A DNA stretch of 64,000 nt from NCBI RefSeq assembly GCF_006345805.1, contig NC_042999.1, positions 71,300,001 through 71,364,000 of the forward strand, given 5' to 3'. Position 1 is the stretch's first letter. Each line of letters opens with the position of its first letter. This stretch comes from Octopus sinensis. Lineage: Eukaryota. The position numbers were made by a program, and so were the translations under genes. This document shows positions 38,900 to 53,950 of this stretch, one piece after another. The notes under the pieces are model-generated. The model was not told the origin of the DNA. It saw nothing but the letters and a program-made list of their open reading frames with translations, and ran no database searches.

Positions 38900-40022
38900 G
38901 GCCCAGCATGTTTTTCATATGATGTGGTAGAACAAGGGCCGGCCCTATGCAAAGAAACTTAGATGAGCTGATGCCAATCTTTCCTCCGTCAACACAAAGA
39001 TACAAGCGCTACAGTTATCTAGAAAAGAAAAAGCGCAACCGGTAAACAAAATTAGAAACCCTGGAGATTACTGCACAAGAGTGATATAATCATCACTGAC
39101 GATGTCTCCTGGCAATCGTGAACTCTCAACCGTAGCTATGACTAACATTGCTACCTGTTTTAAACCCAGAAAATCATTTTGCTTCATATATTTCCTTTCC
39201 AGTCGCAGTATTAGAAGGTATTGTGCATGATATACAGAATATTTGGCTTGTTATTCTAATAGGCGAAACAATCATCTGAAGGCTCGTAGAAATGATTTGT
39301 ACTGTGAATGTGTAATTTAAAGGGTTAATTACTTTGACCACTGGCAAACACGCAAATTCGAATTTTAAGGTAATTTTCCAGTTAGAGAGTAACGGTATCT
39401 CTTTAGATTACGCCGTCAAGCGATACGCATGAATGATAAGGTATCTTGCCCTGCTCATAACCGTTCTCTCACATTGTCTAATTGTGTTTTATTATCTGGC
39501 CTGAATATCAATAGTGGAGTTCAATCAACTGATACAATTCATTAATCGTATCAGTATCACAACATGCATATTTTCCAGTCTGTTGTTTTCTAAATTTTCT
39601 TTCGTTTACTTTTTTTTGTTTAGTAGTTTATTTTTTCTTTAATCAATTCTGCTATCTAAATCTTATCTTTGTGGTCTTGCACTTGAAGACGTGCGTTTTC
39701 ATCCTCACGTGACTATTTGTCGAAATGTTTTGCTTTATCTTTCATCCACCTCTTGCCCTTATCCTTGTTTTCAGCTCCAATTTATTCCTCTACTCACGAA
39801 TATTCATTTGTACACCGTTAGTTTGGACAGTTACTTTACATTCACATGCGTATGTCTATACACGCAACACTTAACATATAACTAAACGTAAACACACATA
39901 CACACAGACACACAGACACAGTAAGCACGCATTAAAATATACTCGTGTGTGTCTATACGTGTATGATTAGAAGTTTGTGTGTGTGATATCGATATGATTA
40001 GCATAAACTTGTTTTTGTTTTA

Positions 40023-40023
40023 C

Positions 40024-40111
<88 letters not shown>
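40023..40111. repeat. (TATC)n microsatellite
   Basis: Direct reading. Confidence 0.95.
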
Positions 40112-40112
<1 letters not shown>

Positions 40113-40699
40113 GCTTCTTCCCTCTGTGTGTGTACGTGCGTATGTAATGTGCATATTTACACAAATATGTCTGCTTATTGATTTGAGAATTTTATAAACG
40201 AACCACTGTATTTATGACGACGCATGCTTTTGTATAAGCCTATGCGTGCATATGTATTTGTATTCTATTTGCCGTTGTCTATAATATTGATAAGGATTTG
40301 ATTTATTCTCACATTACAAACAGTTGCCATTTATAGACTGAGTTTACAACTAACAGCGTTTACCGATGAGTTGGCTACAGATGTTTGATCGTGCCGATAC
40401 AGTGTTCAGTTAAGCTATTCTAAAGAAATTTGTTGAGCAACACATCTGTTGTTATTGATATAGCGACAAACAACAAGAGTAATAACAATACTTATAATAA
40501 TGATTTCAAATTTTAACACAAGGCCAGCAGTTTCAGAGGAAGGAGTAACTCGATTACATCGAACCCTTGTACTCAACTGGTACTTTTTTTTATCAATTCC
40601 TGGAATGATGAAAGGCAAAGTCGAATCTGCAAATTTGAACTCAGAGTGTAAAAAATGGACGTAATGTCGCTAAGCCTGTAAAAGTTTGTTTTAAAAGTA

Positions 40700-41560
40700 A
40701 TTGTCAATTCAAATTGTAAGAATTTACGGCCACTCTCTTTCCTTGGCAAGTAAAGTAATTCTTCATCTGCCTTAGGGTGGTGCATTCTATATATTGTCAA
40801 CAATTTTCGAATTATTCAATCAAGCTTACATATTTCAGTAATTGACCAATTAATAATTTTGAAACTGTAAGTAACGACCGGTATGGCTAAAGTATTAATC
40901 GCTTCGATCTTGTTACTTGCGTTTAGCTGTGTCTTGAATATTGGCATCACCCTACGGTAACATTCTTTTCTAATGATCTTGTCCCTCTCATTGAACGTTT
41001 AATTCTATCACCTCCATACACCCCTGAGAATTTGTAACACTTCTCTCGCTTTAACTCCTTTATAACTTTCTCTTGGTCAACGTTGGATGTTTCTGTTATT
41101 TTCCCTCTTAGAAAGGAAACTTTTGCGTATTTACCTAGGCCGTATTCCATTCTGATGTCACCACTAAACCGTTTTACAATAGCTAGTAAGTCCTGTAGTT
41201 GCTGGCCATTTTTGAAAAAGGCTATAAATTATCCACGAAAAAGAAATGATTTATAGTTTTACCATTGTACTTCATCGAGCAATTTGGAAAGAAGTATTAA
41301 GGCTAGTCAAAAGAGGAGTGGTGATAGAGAGACGCTCTGGAAAATTCTTACATCCTCAGCATTCACCGATTCATTCTCGCTATTCAAAGCCAGTGTGCTT
41401 TTCCATGATTTCATACTCGCAGATAAGAAGTTTCGCGAAGCAGGTGCTATTTTATAAATTACCAAACATTTCTCATCCAGGCTATTGATAGGTTATTGTG
41501 CTGCAGTGACAATCTTCCCAAATCATCTTATTGATGAGAAGCTGACCTTTGCAACCACAG
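40700..41560 (-). pseudogene. R4/Dong-like LINE RT fragment (heavily decayed)
   Basis: QLLINKMIWEDC, SLSPLLF, INHFFFVDNL, IVKRFSGDIRMEYGLGKYAKV, MHHPKADEELLYLPRKESGR. Confidence 0.75.
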
Positions 41561-41737
41561 GCCCCACGTTTACCTCCTTTTCATTGTCACTCATATGAGG
41601 TAGCAATTATCAGGTTGCGCAATTACCAGTGTTTTTATTGTGACACCATCACTAGATGTATCATTAATCAGCTCATGAGGAGGAGGCTCTACCCATTTCC
41701 TTTCATTATTATGATTATTATCATTATCCTCCTCCTC

Positions 41738-41792
<55 letters not shown>

Positions 41793-42319
41793 GTAGTAGT
41801 AGTAGTAAGTGAGAGAGCAGCACCTGCGAGCAAAGTGACGTTGGGTACAAATATATGTCCCCCAATATGACCATCATTTCTACCCGTCTGAAAAGGTATA
41901 CCAGGCACATGCATCACAGCCAATGTGCGTGGCATGATGACCTTATATCGAGACAAACAGCGAATGACCTTGCAGGTGGGGCCCAGTTAGAATTTTCTTC
42001 ATATCATATAGTCGTATCTATATATGTATACACAGGTACATCACCATATTAATGTATTGACTTAAGGCTTTAAATGAAATTTAAAATATATTTTTAGGTA
42101 GAAATTTAGAGGAGGAGTGGAGAAAATGGTAGTGAAAGAAAAAGAAGCGGTAGGAATTCTGTTCCTTGAAGAGTTAAAAAAGGGGGAAAGGGGAGGAATG
42201 ATCTACTGTATAGATGCAATTATGATTGTGCTTCTCTGTGGGTTGTTGATATATGTTAGCCTGGTGTGTATGTACAGATGCACGGAATATGGATGTGTAG
42301 TAGCATTGGTGTTTATATA

Positions 42320-42352
<33 letters not shown>

Positions 42353-42484
42353 GTGTGTGTGTGTGTATAAGTGTATATATGTGTGTATGTGTATATATAG
42401 AAATATAGATGATAGTCCATATATCTGTATGAATGCGTGTACAAGTATGTATATATGGGTATATATATGTACGAGTAAATATAC

Positions 42485-42641
<157 letters not shown>

Positions 42642-43308
42642 TGGATGTAATATATATATATATTCCTTTCAACTTTGAAAAAAGGAATATGCACAATGAT
42701 ATCGAATCGTAAAAAATGTGATCAAAGACTGGATGATTTGAAGAATATACTAATTCAAAGAGCATTTCCTCTTAACCCAATTACAAAAGAAATAGATTGG
42801 GGAAAAAGTAACGATATTCATAATTTTAGGAAAGTAAAAAGTAAAGAGTAAAGTGAGCAGCTATATGAAAGTGGCAGTTGAATGTTACTATCCTAGTAAA
42901 AAGTAAAGACGGTAACAGATAATTGAAAATATTTATAAAACTTTACTACTTTATATAAAGATCAAAAAATGAAAATTATTCTTCAAAATCAGCATGTCAT
43001 CAAAAGCAAAAAGCAATGCCAAATAACTGAAAATTTTAATAACTGCGGAAAAATTCGTAAGCAAGTTTCCAACCCCCACTGTTGGAAAATCCGGAAGATA
43101 TTTTACGTGTTAGATGTATCTATGTGAACGAAGGTTTAGAGTTCAATTTCAAGCAGGGACAAACTTTTAGAATAAATGAGTGCAACCGTGAAAATGCAAT
43201 TCATGTGATAATATGATGTTGATGTTTGGAAAGCTACATCGACTTATAGCACACAGGCGACAAATTAATAACAAGAACATTCGAAATGTTCAATTAGAAG
43301 AACATGCA

Positions 43309-43538
43309 AAATTTACATTATTTACATTATTTACAATTGACGGATATTTGTCCTCATCTTGTTTGTTGTAAACACAACGTTTCAGCTGATATACCCTCCA
43401 GCCTTCATCAGGTGTCTTGGGGGAAATTTCGAACCTGGGTTCTCATTCCTAAGGTATTTCTCGATGTTGTTGTTGTTGTTATTATTATCATTATTATTAT
43501 TATTAGTAGTAGTAGTATTCAGGTCACTGCCTGGAATC
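43309..43538 (-). mobile_element. 5'-truncated inverted copy of the hammerhead-tailed SINE
   Basis: Reverse complement of 43602-43812; starts inside the B-box and ends in GTAAATAAT tail repeats. Confidence 0.85.
43371..43416 (-). ncRNA. Minimal hammerhead ribozyme motif in SINE tail
   Basis: GACAC-CUGAUGA-A-GGCUG(GAGGGUAUAU)CAGCU-GAAA-CG-UU-GUGUU; loop-less palindromic ACGU helix III, GUU triplet, one extra A after the core. Confidence 0.7.
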
Positions 43539-43546
43539 ACTATGCC

Positions 43547-43621
43547 GGGCATAGGGCGTAGTGGTTAAGAGCGCGAGTACTAACCCCAAGATTCCGAGTT
43601 CGATTCCAGGCAGTGACCTGA

Positions 43622-43679
<58 letters not shown>

Positions 43680-43825
43680 CAACAACATCGAGAAATACCT
43701 TAGGAATGAGAACCCAGGTTCGAAATTTCCCCCAAGACACCTGATGAAGGCCGGAGGGTATATGAGCCAAAACGTTGTGTTAACAACAAACAAGATGAGG
43801 GCAAATATCCGTAAATAATATAAAT
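43547..43825 (+). mobile_element. tRNA-headed SINE (family D) with (AAT)n spacer and hammerhead-like tail
   Basis: A-box-like GGGCGTAGTGG, B-box GAGTTCGATTCC (43596-43607), (AAT)n, hammerhead-like motif at 43736-43781 with a mutated core (GAAA to AAAA). Confidence 0.8.
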
Positions 43826-44911
43826 ATTTCCCCATCTCTTAAATATAGAACTATTATGTTTACGCAACCGCCTTCGTCTTTTGCTTTTTTGTAAATTATC
43901 ACTATATATATCGATATGTGTGTATGAGTGTGTGTTTATATGTATATATTTATTTGTGTGTGTCTTTGTGCCTGTGTTTGTCTCCCTACCATTGCTTGAC
44001 AACCGATGTTGGTGTGTTTATGTCCCCGTAGATTAGCGGTTCAGCAAAAGAGACCGATAGAATAAGTACCAAGCTTACAAAGAATAAGTCCTGGGGGTCG
44101 ATTTCTTCGACTAAAAGGCGGTGTTCCAGCTTGGTCGCAGTTAAATGACTGAAACAAGTAAAAAAAGTAAAAGAGTATGGGCAAAAATGAGTCTACTTAA
44201 TATTTAATTATTTCCAATTTTGAAATATTTAGATTTAATAACAGAGCAACAGCAAATTAAAATCTTATTAAAAAAATTTTTAGCCACACGTAAAAATTTG
44301 ATAAATGATAATGATAGCTTTAAATAAAATAACTTGCACCGCAAAAAAAAAGAAGGCAAAAACAAAAAAACTATGACGTATATTTGAAAGATACTGAAAA
44401 ATCAAAGTACTCATTGTCCTTGATTAATTCCAAGAATGATAACTGATTAGTATTAAATGTGAAAATATGAACAAATCTAAAAGGGATATAACAAGTAATA
44501 TTTTCAAAATTAAAGTATAACAAAAGCACAAAAATTATTACAATTGGGTTGCGGATTTTTATCTTCAGTTCGTTGATATTATGTTACACTGTTGTATGTC
44601 AAAATTTGGGCAAATATTTATTTTTGCTTGCAATAGCCGGTTCTTCTGGTCAAACTATCGTATCTCCAGCTAGTTCAGATGCCAAGATATCAAGAATTGT
44701 CAAAGTGTAGTACACCGGTTTTGCTATGAAATGGTAAAATTGTATTTTCGTTTTCTGAAAAATAAAAAAAAAAAAAAAAAAAAAAACCCCAACGTTTTGG
44801 ACTTACGACACTTTTACATAATAACAACGAGTTGTTTATATATCTGTAAATACACGCACCTAAGCATACATGCAGACGCACGCATATATAATTATATAAA
44901 TGTACATTAAT

Positions 44912-45060
44912 GTGGCTTAATGAATCAGGTGTTAAGCCCATGATCGTAAGATTGTGGTTTCGATTCCTGGAACGTGCGACGCGTTGTTCTTGATCAAGAT
45001 ACTTCACACTTCTCTAGTCCACACAGCTATTGAAAAGTAATTCTGCGACGGTCCATGTGA
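44912..45060 (+). mobile_element. SINE family C (decayed)
   Basis: GTGGCTTAATG...CATGATCGTAAGATTGTGGTTTCGATTCC...GTTCTTGATCAAGATACTT. Confidence 0.65.
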
Positions 45061-45522
45061 GTCTATATGACTCGGGAAGCATATTTATCTTTTATCCTTT
45101 ATGCTGTTTACATACATGTATATATAAAATTATGTATATTATTAGCACATACAAAGATACACACACGTACACACGCGCATACACACACACACATACACAC
45201 ATGGTTGTAAAAATACAGAAGCAGATACTGAATTAGTCTTCAACGCTTTCCGGATAGAATGGCATGTTTAGCCACTACTATCGGCCTCCGACCTAAAGAC
45301 AACTTTCATGAAATTTAGATGTCAGCCAGATAGTCACATCTGTATGCAGCCTTGTAGATGACGTATAAGCAATTCATACGCCTATATGTATACATGTTTA
45401 TATGGCATACCATGTAATAACGCATTCATATAAATGTTTGCGTGATGTGTGTAAATGTGCATGTATTTTATTCTCTTATTTTATTCTTTGTTTTTTTTTG
45501 TGAATTCTCCCTATATATATAT

Positions 45523-45588
<66 letters not shown>

Positions 45589-48500
45589 TGCTATATTATA
45601 TTGTATGTTTCTGTGATGTCTGCTTGTGCATGCACACAGATATTTCACAGAAAAAATATTATTTCATGCCCAGTAAAATCATTTAATGATATGCTCTTTT
45701 CTCGATAGATTGACATGTTTATCTGCAGCAATCGGCCTTTGCCTTACAAACCGAGATCTTTCACTGGAATTTACATGTCAATTAGGTGGTCGAATACGTG
45801 TGCATCTAAGTATATAGTGTAAATGCGCCCTTACACGCGTGTATGTATGGAGGCATTTCTTAGCGTGTCTGTAGGTATGTATTATATGGTCCATTTTTAT
45901 GTGATATTTGTTCATATGCGTGTGCCTAGATGTAGGTCTTATCTTACATGCGCATATGTGTGTAGATATGTTATGTGCAAACCTGTAACAAATATGTACG
46001 TGCATGCATACTTGTCATTATCTTTGTCAATCTGTATGTTGTGTCTCATATATGTGTACAATATATTTATTTCTATTTCTAACTTACGTATTTTACGTAA
46101 TTATAGAAACAGTTCCATTAAATGACTTGTAATTACAAGTTTATAATTAGTTGTGTCGTTACTTGTTTTGTGAAGTTCAATTTACAATAACAGGTATTGA
46201 GGTGGTTGGTCAATTAAGCATATATTTCAGTGAATTCTCTAAGTACTGCTCATTTGCTTGTTAAATGTTTCCTCTTTCTCTTTAACATCACGTTGACGTA
46301 TTCTGATTTCTATAACTGCCCGTCTTCTTTTCTCCGTCCTAGATCATTATGCCTGGTCAGCTGAGCATAGATTTTGTAGTAGGTCTTATTATCTTTCATC
46401 TTATGGCGATGTATGTTCTTCTGCTTTTATTTTACAAATTCCCCACTAATAGATACTAATTACAAATAACCAAAGTCTAATCTAGAAATACAGCTACTTC
46501 ATTAGAATTTACAGAACAGAAATGAGGTAGTCGTGATATAATGCATGTATATATTATGCAAGTACGTATATATGTAAGCATATATATAAATAAGTATACG
46601 TAATTTTGTATACATGTGTGCAGGTGCAAAAGCATGGATTTAATCTATGTTGTGACTAATGAATGTATAAACACGCAAATATACTTATGTTTTCAAATCT
46701 ACATGTGTATTTAGACATATATCTTTACGTCACACTAAGTGTTTGGAATATCTTCTACAATTTCGCAAAACCTTTAATGACTTCTGGCGGCAAAATTCCA
46801 ATTAACCCTGTCCTGCTTGGTTTTATGAATCCCGACATTTCAAGATTGGTCCTGAAGTAGTTACTTACGTACATGTTGTGCGAGAGAACAACGCCTCTTG
46901 GCGAGAATAGACTGGACCACTACATATAAATAGTAGTGGTCTGAGTGAGTCGATAGTTCAAATTTAGAGTTCGAGTCACGTGTTGGCTTGATGGTTCTTA
47001 AAAGATTGTTGTTACGTTCCATGTGGTTACTACCATTTGTTTCGATTATATTGTTATTACACTGTTGCAGTGTATTCGTTAATCCATAACAATATATCAG
47101 CACCTAAGCACCCTAATAATTATAATTATGAAGTTAAAGCTATACATAAGTTTGGGTGCATGAACAGCAGATTTTTCGTTTATTCGATATATTACTTTCT
47201 ATGAGTCTTTAAGATTATCTTAACATTGCTGAGCTACTGATTCGCACAGCTGTGTACAATTTCTTTTCTCTGTCCACTTCACTATGTTTAGTCTGTTATG
47301 CTGGCATTTTCATGAACTCAGCTTAATGTGTATATGTGGAAGTGTTCATTTTATAAACGTAATGCCTGGAATATTTACATGATTCCTTTAACGTCTTACA
47401 GATGTAAATTGGGAATTAACCATTTCGGTCATGTGGAATCCAACTTTTAAAAATCAGTGCTGAGTTACTTAGTTACACAGCCAAGTACATCAGTGAATAC
47501 AAGTATAAAATTGAAGTATAAAATTGTGTGGAATCTACACATTTGCTTGGTGTGCTAAAATTAGCAGCGAAATCCCTTTCATATCATAACTTCTCATCTT
47601 AAAAATGAAGGATCTATTTTGTAATATAGTAGTGGATACGCTATTGTATAACTAACAACAGGGAACGTGGTTTGCTCTTAGTCTCAAAGTTGTAAACCCA
47701 GTCTACATTTCACTCTTACTGTACGAATTATATTGCATAGTATTTTGGCCACTACATCTTCATATTAATCGATGTCAGTGTGCGGAAATATTTGGACAAC
47801 TGCTAATGATGTAATTCGTATCATCCACGTAAATGAATGACATAGAGTCTTTAACGTTTGTCCCTGCTAGCGAATTGCATATGCATATTCCCAAAAGAGA
47901 GAGAGCTAATATACCTTTCAGTGTTTCAATTTAAACTACTCTGGTAATATATCTAACTTTTACTCTGAAAGCCGCAGTATACTTAACACGTATGACTTGT
48001 GATAATCTTTAATTTGATACCCTCCAGTTTCGAATAGTCAAATATGTGCCCCCCTACAAAAAAAAAAAACATCTGTTATTTCAAAATTTGAAAAAGAAGT
48101 GACCATTTTTCCTTCATTTTGTTTTTACGCGAGGAGTCCCTAAAAGATATCTTTCTTAATTTGTGTACGTTTTCGTTCCAATGGATTCTGGTGATATGAA
48201 CGATATTTTTACAGCTTTCTATGAAACATTGTTTTCTCAAGAACTTATGTATTCATATGTTCATAGGGGCAGTTTCCGTCGCAGTTCTTACTCTCTGGGC
48301 TCTTAATAGGATATATGTACCATGTTGATAAGTTTTTTTCCTCATAAATCTCTGCGCACAAACATACAAACTTCAATCATATATTGTTGATATAGTTCTT
48401 ATTATGTATATTGATCTCCTTCATCCCATTACGTTGGCCTACATTGTGAATAGAATTTTGAGAAATAATTTTCTCTATCTGGCTCTTGAGATGATGTTAA

Positions 48501-48627
48501 TGTATCTGTTCTGTCCGTAAAATCATATTTATGCTTCAACCTGATCTGCTAAGTGAAACAAGATTGACTTCCCTTTTTCTAGAGCTTTCCAATAATCAGA
48601 CCAAATTTAACTTTGTGATGGTTCATA

Positions 48628-49040
48628 GGCGCAGGAGTGGCTGTGTGGTAAATAGCTTGCATACAAACCATATGGTTACAGGTTCAGTCCCACTGCGTGG
48701 CACCTTGGGCAAGTATCTTCTACTATAGCGTCGGGCAGACCAAAGCCTTTTGAATGAATTTGGTAGGTGGAAACTGAAAGAAGCCTGTCGCATATGTATA
48801 TATGTATATATATACATGTATATATATGTATATGTTTGTGCGTCTGTGTTTGTCCCCCTCCCCCAACATCGTTTGACAACCGATGCTGGCGTGTTTACAT
48901 ACCCTTAACTTTGCGGTTCGGCAAAAGAGACCGATAGAATAAGTTCTAGGCTTACAATGAATAAGTCCTGGGGTCGATTTGCTCGACTAAAGGTGGTGCT
49001 CCAGCATGACCGCAGTCAAATGACTGAAACAAGTAAAGGA
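48628..49040 (+). mobile_element. SINE family A, near full length
   Basis: Colinear with 19456-19870 from the GGCGCAGGAGTGGCTGTGTGG head to the GACTGAAACAAGTAAA tail. Confidence 0.9.
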
Positions 49041-50304
49041 ATGAGAGTTTGCTGTTATAGAGCTCTCTCATATTTTTGAATATGAACCTCTGGTAAATTA
49101 TGATATAAATTTTGAGGAGCTGTTTTTGATTTTAGCATCAAGATAGTAGCGTGAGATGAAATAAGGTTGTCAATTATTTTTATTATGACATGTTATATTC
49201 CTGGAGTCTTTGCACACTTTCATTGTAGTTTTCACTACGTCTTGTAAGAAGGATTTCCTCAATTGTTCGTGTCCTTTCAGGTTTTGCAATACCTGGCTTC
49301 TTAAGATTTGTGTTGAAGTAGTTAGTTACATATCTAAGTATCCAAACAATTGTTGATGTAAAACTAAAATTATATTCTTCGTGGAATATTTGCAGATTTA
49401 TCGTTAGTTTGTCCAGATGTTTTCCAGATGTTTTCTCTTTCATTAATCCATAATGTCATGTTAATATCTGCTGAAGACTTGGTTTCCACTAATGTGCAGA
49501 GTCCCTATTTTCAATTCTAGATCATTATTTTGCATTTTTACGCTAACATGCATATATCTATATATACATATATCTCTATAAGTATGAATATGTGCATGGG
49601 TGTCAGTGTGGGAGTATATCTGTTAGGTAAACATCTGAAATATATACATATAATTGTTTTGATGGCTTCTAAGTATAATTTGTACCGTTATTCTTCAGTG
49701 AAGTCCAACTTGTACAGTTATGCACTGAGGCATTTAGATACACAGCCAGGTATTCTTGTGAATGCATGAATAATATAGACTGAGTGGGGAAATGATCAAA
49801 GGTATGTGATTCAGTGAAGCTGTGTCTTCGTTATTTCTATGATGTGTCACATCTGACAGTATTGTTTTCTTTCATCAAAATTTCCGGCAGCTTATTCATC
49901 CGTTATAATATTGTTAACATAGCTACAGTCCTGGTGGAATAGGTTCAGACAGTTTCTATTCAGTTTATATTATAGATTCTGGCATGAAATTGACAATTGG
50001 TACTTTACAATCAAAATGGCTTTGTTCTTGTTGATTAACTTTGTTTCCGCAAATGCCAGCTAACTTAGTATATTGATTTCATGAATGATGATATGGCGGT
50101 TGAAGTTGATGAGAAATTGCCGAAAGAAAAGCTATCTTCTATCAGGAATTAGCAATATACTATGTGGTCTACTATCCTTTAGACTTTTAGTTGTTTTTCG
50201 TTTATTGCTCTGTGCATACTCTATGTAGTTGCTCGACTTTTAAAAATGCCATATAATTATCTTTCATTTTTCCTTTTATCTTACTTGTTCCACTCATTGA
50301 ACAG

Positions 50305-50770
<466 letters not shown>

Positions 50771-51443
50771 CAGAAAATCACTCTGTCGTGTTTGAAACGA
50801 AGAACTCTAAATAATGTAGTATTAGATACACTGTTCTTGAAAATAAGATGACTTGGTAACGAACGCTGAGCTTTTGATCATAGGCATATCATCTGAGCTT
50901 CAACACCATCATCGCCACTGCTACCAACCCCACCATCACCACCATCACCACCAGCACCACCACTGCCACCATCGCCAACTCCAGTAACGTAGTTTATCTT
51001 TTCCTTTAACTACCATAAGTAATATCCAGTTCAGATTTCCTGATGTCACAATACACCTTGTTTAGTATCATTCAAAACAAAACGAATCCACCTCCTATAA
51101 AGAAGCTGTTGTGTCTTAGTTTTGTTGACTGTTGCATTTATTCTTTTATATATAATAATATTTAGATCACTCATTTTAAAAAAACTGTTTCTCGTTAATA
51201 TACTTTCTTTAGTTTATGTTAGAATATTCTTTTCTTGCTGTTTCTGAGCGTGTTTTCTGTTTCTAATTTCAATGATAGTTGTGATGTGTAGTTATTTATT
51301 GTTTTACATTTGTAAAACATAAGTATCTCAATATAGCGAAACGTCTTGTTTTTACGGTCACACTAACTTCCAGAAGGATGTCCGTGTTTCTCGTTGAAAT
51401 GCAATTATTTTCCTATTTTAATTTCTATTTACTATTTTTACTA

Positions 51444-51820
51444 TTAGATTATCAAGAAAGTTCTTGTGGTTTTTAACCTTTAAATTCAGATGCACATATC
51501 TTGGCTCAAACAAAACTTTATTAATCGAAATAAACACCGTCAGAATCAACACACTTTTGCCAACGCGAAACAATTTCATTAATGCCAGTAGCGGAAAAAT
51601 CCTGTGTTCTGGTATCAATGAAATCGTTGAAGGCGTGATTGGCATCGTCTTGGTTTTTGAAGCATTTCTCATGCAGGAAGTTGTCGAGATGCTTGAAAAA
51701 GTGGTAGTCGGTGGGCGAGAGGTCTGGTGAGTATGGCGGATGAGGCAGAGTTTCGTTGTCCAATTCGTTCAACTACTGCAGGGTCAATTCTGTGACGTGC
51801 GGCCGAGCGTTGTGAAAGAG
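51444..51820 (-). pseudogene. mariner (DD34D) transposase C-terminal fragment with TIR
   Basis: ARPHV..LPHPPYSPDLSPTDYHFFKHL...GINEIVSRWQKCVDSDGVYFD*; decayed TIR TTAGATTATCAAGAAAGTTC next to TA. Confidence 0.85.
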
Positions 51821-53254
51821 AAAAAGCTTAAAAAGTGTCATTTTACTTTCAATTTTGGAAGCTGAACAGTGACACTGCAAAGTGAATAATTCCATAAGAG
51901 GGTTAGGTACGAAAATAGGTAACAAAAATACTCACCAACTATCATACACAACTACCGTTCAACAGTCTATATCATAAATTCGACTGCTGCAAAGAGAAGT
52001 TACACTTCTCTAAAGTCGCATTCCACCATTATTTTACTTATTCCACTCACTATAGTTTGCTGGATTGTAAACATAGTGTTTGATGATTTCTTCATGTAAA
52101 ATACCTGCCGTCCGCCGACCAGGCAGTATCTACCCTTCTCCAACGAAAAAAAACCTGACAAAATATTCAAGCATTACATGGAGTTATATCATGTTGTATC
52201 TACTCTTGATATCTTTTGTAATCGACTATTAATTTATCTGTTCCAAATGTCAGTCAGTGAAACACACAGATATGGAAGGCAATAGTTTGTTCGCCATTCC
52301 GAAAATTTATGGTATGCAAAACAGGACAGCTCATATGAATTAATTAACAGAGCGTATAAATAAATTGATTCTCTCTGTGGAATTATATTTGCCAAACTGA
52401 TTTAGAGCAAATATTGCAAGAAATAATTTCATACAATGAAAATGTAATTAATTAGCATGACTGTAAAGTGCTATGTAGTTATTCTCGAATTGTATTCAGA
52501 AATAGAAATCACCAGGAAATTTTCAGCGTCTGATATACAAATACATTGATGCAGAATAACACATACATTGTTCGAAACTAAGTAAGTTGATGCAACGCTA
52601 CTTGTTCGAAGTCACGATACAAAGGTTGTGAGACATTCATATTCCCCAAAGTAGTATAAAATTCAAATATTTTTTTGAGCAATAAGAAAAACAAATTGCA
52701 CAAAGACATCACTCGCTAGTAAACACGATACATGTTATTGTTAACGGTTAATATAGTCAACGTCAAAAAATTACTGAGAAATAATTAACAAAATATTAAT
52801 GTTAGTAAATGAATATTTAAAACATGTCCTAAACTGTCTTCAGTACTTGTCTTTGTAATTAAAATAAGGTTGCCCGTTTACAAATGTTGTTCTTTTCCTA
52901 AGCGTTTAATTATTTTAAATTAGCGTATAAATACGGCCTAAATTATGCGGATATTGACGTTAAATACAGAAATACAGACTTCAAGAAAAATAATAACATA
53001 CGTACACACACACATGGACACGCGCATACATACATGCGGGCACACACTCACACATATACATACATCTGTTTATGTACGCGTAGTATACACGCATACATAT
53101 ATAAAACTGCGTTTTTCTTGAGTTCTTTTTGATTTCATACAGTTTTTTGTCGAAGACTATATAAAGCAAAAAAGAACCCAAGTAAAACACAGTCTGATGA
53201 AGATGAGCAACACAAAACTTTGAAGGCAATGAAAACCTTTTCCTTGTAAAAGAC

Positions 53255-53405
53255 GTGGCTGTGTGGCAAGAAGCTTCCTTCCCATCCACGCGGTTTGGGT
53301 TCAGTCTCACTGCGTGGCACCTTGGGCAAGTGTCTTATACTATAGCCTCAGGCCGACCAAAACCTTGTAAGTGGATTTGGTAGACTGGAACTGAAAGAAG
53401 CCCGT
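53255..53405 (+). mobile_element. SINE family A, 5' part
   Basis: GTGGCTGTGTGGCAAG...GCACCTTGGGCAAGTGTCTT...CTGAAAGAAGCCCGT. Confidence 0.8.
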
Positions 53406-53473
53406 TACACACACACACACACACACACCACACACACACACACACATACACACACATACACACACACACACAC

Positions 53474-53534
<61 letters not shown>

Positions 53535-53544
53535 ATATTGTAAA

Positions 53545-53866
53545 GGCGCGTGGCTTAGTGGTTAGGGGCATTCGGCTCATGATTGTAAGGTCGTGAGTTC
53601 AATTCCTTGCGGCGCGTTGTGTCCTTGAGCAAGACAATTTATTTCACGTTACTCCAGTCCACTCAGCTGGCAAAAAATGAGTAGTGCCTGTATTTCAAAG
53701 GGTCAGCCTTGTCACACTCTGTGTCACGCTGAATCTCCTCGAGAACTACATTAAGGGTACACGTGTTTGTGGAGTGCTCAAACACTTGCACGTTAATTTC
53801 ACGAGCAAGCTGTTCCGTTGATCGTATCAGCTGGGACCCTCGTCGTCGCAATCGATGGGGTGCTCC
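53545..53866 (+). mobile_element. SINE family C, near full length
   Basis: GGCGCGTGGCTTAGTGGTTAGGG A-box, GAGTTCAATTCC B-box, GTGTCCTTGAGCAAGACA core. Confidence 0.85.
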
Positions 53867-53950
53867 TATATATATATATATATATATATATCATTACAAA
53901 GGAATGTAATAATACATTACAAAGGATATATCATAAACATTGATTAATTG

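Noticed and set aside
44637-44733. Possible exon (AG...GT) with a C..C..VH..CY-like reading
   Set aside because: All three + frames have stops between the candidate splice sites, and there are no supporting neighbouring exons.
53190-53240. CTGATGA..GAAA
   Set aside because: No pairing helices.
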